NCBI GenBank assembly: GCA_002269645.1
Contig: NIVC01000020.1
Coordinates: forward strand, 620,001 to 684,000
Origin: Macrostomum lignano
Taxonomy: Eukaryota
DNA length: 64,000 nucleotides
Reading direction: 5' to 3'
The notes under the pieces were generated by a model, which did no database searches, was not told the DNA's origin, and was given only the letters and a program-made list of their open reading frames with translations. A program made the translations under genes and the position numbers. Below, one piece after another: positions 33,733 to 44,105 of the stretch. The first letter of the stretch is position 1. Each line of letters starts with the position of its first letter.

Positions 33733-36700
33733 TTAGCAGTACTTAAACAGGCAGCACTCGTGCACCGGCTCCACCAGCCAGCGCTCCAGTTCCCTGTCGA
33801 ACTTCATGTGGTAGCCTGTAATGCCTGCGGGGGGAGTTGTGAGCTCACTGACTCACCAGTGCACAGCTCACTGACTCACCTGTGCACAGCTCACTGACTC
33901 ACCTGTGCACAGCTCACTGACTCACCTGTGCACAGCTTATTGACTCACCTGTGCACAGCTCACTGACTCCCTGTGCACAGCTTATTGACTCACCTGTGCA
34001 CAGCTCACTGACTCACCTGTGCACAGCTTATTGACTCACCTGTGCACAGCTCACTGACTCACCTGTGCACAGCTTATTGACTCACCTGTGCACAGCTCAC
34101 TGACTCACCTGCGCACACCTCACTGACTCACCTGTGCACAGCTCACTGACTCCCCTGTGCACAGCTCACTGACTCACCTGTGCACAGCTCACTGACTCAC
34201 CTGTGCACAGCTTATTGACTCACCTGTGCACAGCTCACTGACTCACCTGTGCACAGCTTATTGACTCACCTGTGCACAGCTCACTGACTCACCTGTGCAC
34301 AGCTCACTGACTCACCTGTGCACAGCTCACTGACTCACCTGCGCACAGCTCACTGACTCACCTGTGCACAGGTCACTGACTCACCTGTGCACAGCTCACT
34401 GACTCACCTGTGCACAGCTTATTGACTCACCTGTGCACAGCTCACTGACTCACCTGTGCACAGCTCACTGACTCACCTGTGCACAGCTCACTGACTCACC
34501 TGTGCACAGCTTATTGACTCACCTGTGCACAGCTCACTGACTCCCTGTGCACAGCTTATTGACTCACCTGTGCACAGCTCACTGACTCACCTGTGCACAG
34601 CTTATTGACTCACCTGTGCACAGCTCACTGACTCACCTGTGCACAGCTTATTGACTCACCTGTGCACAGCTCACTGACTCACCTGCGCACACCTCACTGA
34701 CTCACCTGTGCACAGCTCACTGACTCCCCTGTGCACAGCTCACTGACTCACCTGTGCACAGCTCACTGACTCACCTGTGCACAGCTCACTGACTCACCTG
34801 TGCACAGCTCACTGACTCACCTGTGCACAGCTTATTGACTCACCTGTGCACAGCTCACTGACTCACCTGTGCACAGCTCACTGACTCACCTGTGCACAGC
34901 TCACTGACTCAACTGTGCACAGCTCACTGACTCACCTGTGCACAGGTCACTGACTCACCTGTGCACATCTCACTGACTCACCTGTGCACAGCTTATTGAC
35001 TCACCTGTGCACAGCTCACTGACTCACCTGTGCACAGCTTATTGACTCACCTGTGCACAGCTCACTGACTCACCTGCGCACACCTCACTGACTCACCTGT
35101 GCACAGCTCACTGACTCCCTGTGCACAGCTTATTGACTCACCTGTGCACAGCTCACTGACTCACCTGTGCACAGCTTATTGACTCACCTGTGCACAGCTC
35201 ACTGACTCACCTGTGCACAGCTTATTGACTCACCTGTGCACAGCTCACTGACTCACCTGTGCACAGCTTATTGACTCACCTGTGCACAGCTCACTGACTC
35301 ACCTGTGCACAGCTTATTGACTCACCTGTGCACAGCTTATTGACTCACCTGTGCACAGCTCACTGACTCACCTGCGCACACCTCACTGACTCACCTGTGC
35401 ACAGCTCACTGACTCACCTGTGCACAGCTCACTGACTCACCTGTGCACAGCTCACTGACTCACCTGTGCACAGCTCACTGACTCACCTGCGCACACCTCA
35501 CTGACTCACCTGTGCACAGCTCACTGACTCACCTGTGCACAGCTCACTGACTCACCTGTGCACAGCTCACTGACTCACCTGTGCACAGCTTATTGACTCA
35601 CCTGTGCACAGCTCACTGACTCACCTGTGCACAGCTCACTGACTCACCTGTGCACAGCTCACTGACTCACCTGTGCACAGCTTATTGACTCACCTGTGCA
35701 CAGCTCACTGACTCACCTGTGCACAGCTCACTGACTCACCTGTGCACAGCTCACTGACTCACCTGTGCACAGCTCATAGTCAGAGCAGCAGCCGAAGGCG
35801 TCAGCCGTGAAGGGCAGGCAGGACACCGCAAAGTCGATGGGGATGCAGCGCAGGTCCACCACCGGCTCGATGACCTGGCAGGAGAACAGGTAGGCCAGCC
35901 AGCCGTGCAGCACGTGACCGGAGCAGCAGTTGGCGCTCTCGTCAGTCAGCATGCTCTTCCAGAAGCGCCTCACCAGGCTGTGCCTGCCGCGGTGCTCGAA
36001 TGTGCTGATCAGCATCTCCAGGATCTTCTGGACGCCTTCCATCCAGGGCGTCTCGATGCCGTAGTCCTCGGAGCTGGTCCTGAGGTAGGCGCACACTTCC
36101 TGGAAGCTCTGCAGCAGGTGCTGCCAGTCCTCCATCTTGCCCAGCATCCGCACACCGTAGATGCCGCACATGAACTCCTGCTCTCGGAATGCGGCTGACG
36201 GGGCGGGGAAGCAACGGCTTGAAAATTCGCTCTGGTGGGCCTCAGCCAGCAGTTTTAGTCCCGCCTGATAGCGCAACAGCTCACAGCTTGCACTCCACCA
36301 GAGCACTCCTGCAGCTCACACCGAGCACTCTCCCATGCCGCAGGCAGCACACACCGAGCACTCTCCCATGCCACAGGCAGCACACACCGAGCACTCTCCA
36401 ATGCCGCAGGCAGCACACACCGAGCACTCTCCCATGCCGCAGGCAGCACACGCCGAGCACTCTCCCATGCCGCAGGCAGCATACACCGAGCACTCTCCAT
36501 GCCGCAGGCAGCACACACCGAGCACTCTCCCATGCCACAGGCAGCACACGCCGAGCACTCTCCCATGCCGCAGGCAGCACACACCGAGCACTCTCCCATG
36601 CCGCAGGCAGCACACGCCGAGCACTCTCCCATGCCACAGGCAGCACACATTGAGCACTCTCCCATACCGCAGGCAGCACACGCCGAGCACTCTCCCATGC

Positions 36701-37445
36701 CGCAGGCAGCACACGCCGAGCACTCTCCCATGCCGCAGGCAGCACACGCCGAGCACTCTCCCATGCCGCAGGCAGCACACACCGAGCACTCTCCCATGCC
36801 GCAGGCAGCACACGCAGACCACTCACAGTCCGGCACGAATCGGTACTTGAAGGCGCAAACGGCCGAGTTGAGGTTGCCCAAGTCGGAGGCCTCGGTGGAG
36901 CTGGAGAAGCTCCGCTGCAGCAGCGTGGCCAGCTCAGTCTTGTGCGCGGTGCCGCGGTACACAGCCGCCTCGATCTCCCGCAGCCAGACGCCCACGGTCG
37001 GCTTGGCCACGCAGGCGGAGATGCTCACCTGCTGCAGGCTGCTCATTACGCTGATGTCATCCCGGCGGACCCGGTGCTCCAGGTGCACCTGCTGGCTGAT
37101 GCACTGGGCGATGCAGTTCCACCAGTCCTGAGGCGCCATGGACGCGATGCCGTGCAGCCGGTAGGCCATCAGCAGGCTGCCGGGGAAGCCCAGCAGGTCG
37201 ATGACGTACTTCTGGCCAGAGTCTGAGTCGTTCTGCATCACCCAGTGCTCAGGCGACACCACCAGCTTCCTCTCCGTGCCGGCGTCAAACACAATGTCCG
37301 CGTTCGACTGGCGCAGGAAGGGCCGGAAGGCCACAAAGCCGCAGTCGGGGATGCAGCTGTCAAGAATCGGCTTCATCTTGTTAGAGGACAGCCGCTCCAG
37401 CAGCTTGTCCACAATGATAATCGAGCCCTGATTTGACTGCGCCAT
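33733..37445 (-). CDS. DUF4419-family protein, 3 exons, ~380 aa
   Basis: Exons 37445-36827, 36194-35763 and 33824-33733 (phase 1/1; 1143 nt, open). Motifs LLMAYRLH..MAPQDWW..IAQCISQQV, SFSSST, MCGIYGVRMLGKMEDW, FWKSM..SGHVLHGWL and a C-terminal VEPVHEC follow the recalled DUF4419 pattern. Start codon uncertain (37445 or 37378). Confidence 0.75.
33843..35775 (-). repeat. 23-bp array x ~84 (GAGCTGTGCACAG|GTGAGTCAGT), the amplified exon 2 donor of the DUF4419 gene
   Basis: The unit is the last 13 nt of exon 2 plus the first 10 nt of intron 2. Confidence 0.95.
36315..36826. repeat. 33-bp array x ~15 in DUF4419 intron 1
   Basis: Minus-strand unit atgggagagtgctcggtgtgtgctgcctgcggc. Confidence 0.95.
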
Positions 37446-37685
37446 TTGCCAGCCTGATTCAATGCTTGCCGAAGCAAAATCTGCGCTGGGGCAGCGGCGG
37501 CCGCGCCCTCCGCCGCCTGGGGGACTCGCGGAATGCCCGTCTATGGCAGAAATCACAGATCACTCAGATGAAAGAGTGGATTGCTCAACTGGGCAATGTC
37601 TATGCCAAAAACTACTCAACGGCGACCTATGGAACGCACGCTTGTGTGTTCTTCAAAATAAGGACGCCGTTCAGAGGTGCAGCGC

Positions 37686-37790
37686 AGTCGGGTGCCATCT
37701 GGCACTGTGGGTGCAACAGTCGGGTGCCATCTGGCACTGCGGGTGCAACAGTCGGGTGCCATCTGGCACTGTGGGTGCAACAGTCAGCAG
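37686..37790. repeat. ~33-bp unit x 3 between PQBP1 and the DUF4419 gene
   Basis: gtcgggtgccatctggcactg[t/c]gggtgcaaca. Confidence 0.85.
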
Positions 37791-38026
37791 CCTGCTGTTC
37801 CAATTGGAACTCGGCGGCAAAGAAAGTAAAAAGTACACAAAGTTGTCTTGGCCAACAAGTTGATTTCGAACAGCCCGAGTGCGGCTGAAAGTGCATGTAC
37901 ATGTACAAGCGACCCGCGGCTCGAGTTTATTTACGAGTACGAGCGTTAATTAATTATTAAATGGGGAGTTTCGGGCACAGTTCGGGGAATAAACGCATCA
38001 GCTTTCTAACAGCTCCGCCAACTCCT

Positions 38027-39431
38027 TCAGTCCGAGTTGCGGCTGGCGGAAGGCGAACCCGTGACCTCCGCGGGCGGGGCGTCCGCAGCGCCGCCGCCTC
38101 CGCCGCGCCGCTTTGAAGATTCGCCGCCGGCTTTCTTTGAACTGCGCCGCGAGGCCTCGAGACCGCGGCTCCAGTCGCCGCGCGGGGCGTCGCTGTAGGC
38201 CGAGGGGTCCATCGGGTCCACAGCCGCCCCCCGCTTGTCGCCGCCTCCTCCGTCCTCGCCGCCGCTGCCGCTGCCGCCGGAGCTGCGACGTCGCCGCCGA
38301 TGGTGCCGCCTGCGCCTGTGGTGGCGGTGGTGCCGCTCGCCGCCGCTGCTGGAGCCGCCGCTGCTGCTGCGGCTGCGGCTTCGCCGGTGGCGCCTCCGCC
38401 GGCGGTGGTCGCGCCGCTGCCGCTGCCGATCGTCGTCCGCGTCGTCGTCGCCGCGGGCGGTAGCGGCGGAGGATGCGGCGGCGTCGCCGGACTCCTGCTG
38501 GGCGGCCCGGGCGGCCTCCAGCTCGGCTGCCTTGGCGGCCGCCTGGGCGGCCATGCGCTCGTCCTGGCGCTGGCGCTCCTCCAGGCGCAGCTTCTCCGCC
38601 GCCTCAGACAGGACGGCGCGCGGGTGGCCCGGCGACAGCCAGGAGACCTGGGGGATAGATAAGACTCAGTTAGACTCGAGTAGATTTTTTGATCCCCAGA
38701 TCTACTATAGAGATCTCAAATCTTCTTTTATTCGCATTGAATCTCAAATATAGTCTTACAGAATCTTACATCTAGTCTCAATGAATCTCAGATCTAGTCT
38801 CACAGAATCTCAGATCTAGTCTCACTGAATCTCAGATCTACTCTCACTGAACCTCAGACCCAGTTCCAACAGCACTGCGCCGGCCACTCACCTGCTCGGT
38901 GGCGGCATTCCAGTAGTAGAAGCGGTTGGTGGCGGGGTCGGCCACCTCGTACCAGTCAGGCGGCAGCGGGAAGCGCCGCAGCATGTGGTCGCGCTTGGCC
39001 AGCATGCGCTTGTCGGGGCTGAACTTCAGCCGGCCCCAGCGCTTGAAGCAGAAGGCGCTGCAGTCGTGCCACAGGATGTGCCGGTTCGGGCACTTCGCCG
39101 TCCGGTGCACCGTGAGCTCGTCGTCGTCCTCGACGTCAGTGTCCTCGTCATCAGTGGCGCCCGTGGATGCCGCTTTGCTCTTTGTGGAGGCGGCCGGCTG
39201 CTTCTTGCCGCCCGCTGCCGGCCGGGCCGCCTCCTTCTCCTCCTCCTCATCGCGGTGCTCAGCGAACACCTCCTCCTCCTCCTGCTGCTCCTTACTCTCA
39301 GCTCCGTCCTCGGCTGCGGTATCGGCGGGCCGCTCCTGGCTGGTGGCACCGCCGGCTCCTGCGCCATCGCCGCCGTCCTTGACGATGCCGCGTCGCTTGA
39401 GGCGAGCAAGCAGGGCTGGCGGCAGCGGCAT
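38027..39431 (-). CDS. PQBP1: Polyglutamine-binding protein 1 homolog (WW domain), 2 exons, 386 aa
   Basis: Exons 39431-38892 and 38647-38027 (phase 0). N-terminus MPLPPALLARLKRRGI; WW domain LPPDWYEVADPATNRFYYWNAATEQ|VSWLSP; C-terminal VDPMDPSAYSDAPRGDWSRGL. Confidence 0.9.
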
Positions 39432-39549
39432 GGTGAGATGTTCAAATGCTCGCTGCTGCTGGGATCAGCGAAGCCGATTGGCGCATGAATATGAGTACCA
39501 GTATTAAGAAGGAAATCGGAAACTGGGATTTGTAATCCTTGGTTTTGGA

Positions 39550-41325
39550 GAGGGATCAGAGAGTGGTATTAGGGTGGGATGAGAGTGGGATCAGAGAGTG
39601 GGATCAGAGGGTGGGATCAGAGAGTGGGATTAGAGTGGGATCAGACAGTGGGATTAGAGGGTGGGATCAGAGTAGGATCGGAGAGTGGGATTAGAGGGTG
39701 GGATCAGAGTGGGATCGGAGAGTGGGATTAGAGGGTGGGATCAGAGTGGGATCAGAGAGTGGGATTAGAGGGTGGGATCAGAGAGTGGGATCAGAGAGTG
39801 GGATTAGAGAGTGGGATCAGAGGGTTGAATCAGAGGGTGGGATTAGAGGTTGGGATCAAAGAGAGGGATCAGAGAGTGGGATCAGAGAGTGGGATCAGAG
39901 GGTGGGATCAGAGTGGGATCAGAGAGTGGGATCAGAGAGTGGGATTAGAGAGTGGGATCAGAGAGTGGGATCAGAGGGTTGGATCAGAGGGTGGGATGAG
40001 AGTGGGATGAGAGTGGGATCGGAGAGTGGGATTAGAGGGTGGGATCAGAGTGGGATCAGAGAGTGGGATTAGAGGGTGGGATCAGAGAGTGGGATCAGAG
40101 AGTGGGATCAGAGGGTGGGATCAGAGAGTGGGATCAGAGAGTGGGATTAGAGGGTGGGATTAGAGTGAGATTAGAGAGTGGGATCAGAGAGTGGGATCAG
40201 AGGGTTGGATCAGAGGGTGGGATGAGAGTGGGATCGGAGAGTGGGATTAGAGGGTGGGATCAGAGTGGGATCAGAGAGTGGGATTAGAGGGTGGGATCAG
40301 AGAGTGGGATCAGAGAGTGGGATTAGAGAGTGGGATCAGAGAGTGGGATCAGAGGGTTGGATCAGAGGGTGGGATGAGAGTGGGATCGGAGAGTGGGATT
40401 AGAGGGTGGGATTAGAGTGAGATTAGAGAGTGGGATCAGAGAGTGGGATTAGAGGGTGGGATGAGAGTGGGATTAGAGAGTGGGATCAGAGGGTTGGATC
40501 AGAGGGTGGGATTAGAGGTTGGGATCAAAGAGAGGGATCAGAGAGTGGGATCAGAGAGTGGGATCAGAGGGTGGGATCAGAGTGGGATCAGAGAGTGGGA
40601 TCAGAGAGTGGGATCAGAGTGGGATCAGAGAGTGGGATCAGAGAGTGGGATCAGAGGGTGGGATCAGAGAGTGGGATCAGAGGGTGGGATCAGAGTGGGA
40701 TCAGAGAGTGGGATCAGAGGGTGGGATCAGAGAGTGGGATCAGAGTGGGATCAGAGAGTGGGATCAGAGGGTGGGATCAGAGAGTGGGATCAGAGGGTGG
40801 GATCAGAGAGTGGGATCAGAGAGTGGGATCAGAGTGGGATCAGAGAGTGGGATCAGAGTGGGATTAGAGAGTGGGATCAGGGAGTGGATCAGAGAGTGGG
40901 ATCAGAGGGTGGGATCAGAGAGTGGGATCAGAGGGTGGGATCAGAGTGGGATCAGAGAGTGGGATCAGAGAGTGGGATCAGAGAGTGGGATTTGAGAGTG
41001 GGATCAGAGTGGGATCAGAGAGTGGGATCAGAGAGTGGGATCAGAGTGGGATCAGAGGGTGGGATCAGAGAGTGGGATCAGAGTGGGATTAGAGAGTGGG
41101 ATCAGGGAGTGGATCAGAGAGTGGGATCAGAGGGTGGGATCAGAGAGTGGGATCAGAGGGTGGGATCAGAGTGGGATCAGAGAGTGGGATCAGAGGGTGG
41201 GATCAGAGAGTGGGATCAGAGTGGGATCAGAGAGTGGGATCAGAGAGTGGGATCAGAGTGGGATCAGAGGGTGGGATCAGAGAGTGGGATCAGAGTGGGA
41301 TTAGAGAGTGGGATCAGGGAGTGGA
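39550..41325. repeat. 11/13-bp array (gagagtgggatca and variants), ~1.8 kb, between PITRM1 and PQBP1
   Basis: Direct reading. Confidence 0.95.
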
Positions 41326-41737
41326 TAGAGAACGGTTAAAGGAGACACAAAGAGCGCCAGTGTATTGATAAATTCTGCTAAGAAATGCAGCAGACTTGCT
41401 GGATCTGCTGAACTCCAATTTATTTTAGCAAAAGTGGAACTGTAAATCAAATATAAAAGCGAGTAAGCACTGGGCTGCTGATGGACAGTCTCCACTACAG
41501 AGCTTGGTGTTGAGCTGCAGACACACAGATGGCTGAATAGTTGCTGCTGAGACACTGGATGTTAATTGCCGGGAACAAATGCTTATAGGAGAGCTGGGAA
41601 ACAAGAGCTGGTCTAACAGAGTCAAACAGAATTTTCACGTTAACTTAGGAAGACTGGATATCGAACTCAGGACTCAGGGACCGTGTTTCGAAGGCCAGCC
41701 AAGTAGACAGTCAGCCGGCCAATCAGAGGCCGGGCCG

Positions 41738-43566
41738 TCAGTCGATGGGCGAGCTGGTCCACTGCTTGAAGTCCAGCTCCAGGTTCCGGCAGCCGATGAT
41801 CACCTTGTGCGTCTTCTGCTGCTGCCCGAGCGTCTCGGCGGCCGCCTGGCGCACCTCGGAGGTGTCCAGGTCGAATAGGCGGTCCCGCAGCTGCTGCCGC
41901 ATGTCGTCGGTGACGCCGGTGAGGAAGAACTCCAGGCCACGCTTCTTGGGCGGCACCGGCATGTCGAGGGTCTTGAACACGGCCAGCTTGGCCTCCTCCA
42001 GGTCCGAGTCCGTCAGGCTGTCCACCCGGCCCGCCAGCCACTCGGCGCTGGCCGCGAAGGAGTCCAGGGTGGCCAGGGAGCGCGGGTCGCGGTAGGACAT
42101 GAAGTAGAAGGCGCCGGGGGTGGCGCGGGCGCCGCTGCCGTAGGCGCCGCCGATCTCGCGGATCTCGCGGTGCAGGTAGCGGGAGGACAGGTGCGCTGCG
42201 GCCAGCATGAGGGCGGGAAAGCGCGGATGGGTGACGGCCGGGCAGGGGAAGGCCTGGGCGCAGAAGTTCACCCCCATGGAGCCGACTTCGAAGTGCTCGA
42301 AGAGGCCGCCGCTGGCGGTTCCGGTGGCGCCGCCGCCGAGGTCGAAGCGCGGCTGCGGCGGCCTGGCAGCGGCTGCGTGGGCTGCGGCGTCGGCGACATC
42401 AAAGCCGGCCAGGAAGGCCTCAACCTCCTTGGCGCCCGTCTCCGGCTGGGGATTGCGGGGTGACATTGCGCTAATTATTGTAGCTCAGGTGCAGAGCGGC
42501 CAGGCACTCGGGAGGGGGACGTCAGGCACTCGGGTGATGGGAGGCCAGGCACTCGGGTGATGGGAGGCCAGGCACTCGGGTGATGGGAGGCCAGGCACTC
42601 GGGTGATGGGAGGCCAGGCACTCGGGTGATGGGAGGCCAGGCACTCGGGTGATGGGAGGCCAGGCACTCGGGTGATGGGAGGCCAGGCACTCGGGTGATG
42701 GGAGGCCAGGCACTCGGGTGATGGGAGGCCAGGCACTCGGGTGATGGGAGGCCAGGCACTCGGGTGATGGGAGGCCAGGCACTCGGTGATGGGAGGCCAG
42801 GCACTCGGGTGATGGGAGGCCAGGCACTCGGGTGATGGGAGGCCAGGCACTCGGGTGATGAGAGGCCAGACGCACCTTGGTGTTAGGAGCAATGGGATTT
42901 CACAATCACAGGTGCAAAGGCAAACCTGTTCCCCGGTAAGGCTGATGCAGAAGTTCTCCCGCCGGAAGGCAGTCCGGCACAGGTCGGCGAGGTCCTCAGC
43001 CAGCGCGTCGAAGCCCGCGGGTTCGGCGGCGGCGGCCAGCTTGATGGCGCGCAGGCTGTCCAGGCCGGTCAGCAGGTCGGCCACCCGGCTGGACTCGCTG
43101 AGGCGGGCGGCGGCCCGGCCGGCGGCGAAGGCGTGGCCCTGGCCGGTGAGGCGGCTGACGAGGTCGGCGGCCTCCATGCGCAGCAGGTTGGCGAGGCGGT
43201 CGCGGGCGGCCCAGTCGGGCTGGGCGCAGATCTCCTGCCAGAGCTGCAGCACGCGGGGCAGGTTGGGCGCCAGGCAGCAGGCAGAGAAGACCAGGCCCGA
43301 CTCGCAGCTGCTGGCGGCCTCGTCCGGCCGGGCGGTGGCGTAAGGCGTGCAGGCAAAGCCGCCGCTGACGAGGTCGATGGCCTCGGCGAGCTGGCCGTAG
43401 GGGGTGCGGGCGGTGCCCAGCTTGGGCAGCAACAGGCTCAGCAGGGGCAGCAGCCGCGTCTGGTTGGTGGACAAGTCGGAGAGGCGGAGCTTTGCCCTGC
43501 GGGTGGGCGGTGAGACTGCGGCTGGGGTGGGCGGACAGACGGACAGACAGGCAGACAGGCAGACAC

Positions 43567-43609
<43 letters not shown>

Positions 43610-43740
43610 GGCAGAAAGACAGACAGACAGAGACAGACAGACACTAAGACAGACACTAAGACAGACAGACAGACAGACAGACAGAGACAGACAGACACTA
43701 AGACAGACACTAAGACAGACAGACACTAAGACAGACACTA

Positions 43741-43777
<37 letters not shown>

Positions 43778-43812
43778 TACAAACGGGCAGACAGACAGAC
43801 AGGCAGGCAGGC

Positions 43813-43861
<49 letters not shown>

Positions 43862-43864
43862 CTA

Positions 43865-43901
<37 letters not shown>

Positions 43902-43976
43902 TACAGACAGGCAGATAGACATACAGACAGGCAGACAGACAGGCAGGCAGACAGACAGGCAGGCAGACAGGCAGGC

Positions 43977-44017
<41 letters not shown>

Positions 44018-44064
44018 GGCAGACAGACAGACAGACAGACAGACAGGCAGGCAGACAGACAGGC

Positions 44065-44105
<41 letters not shown>

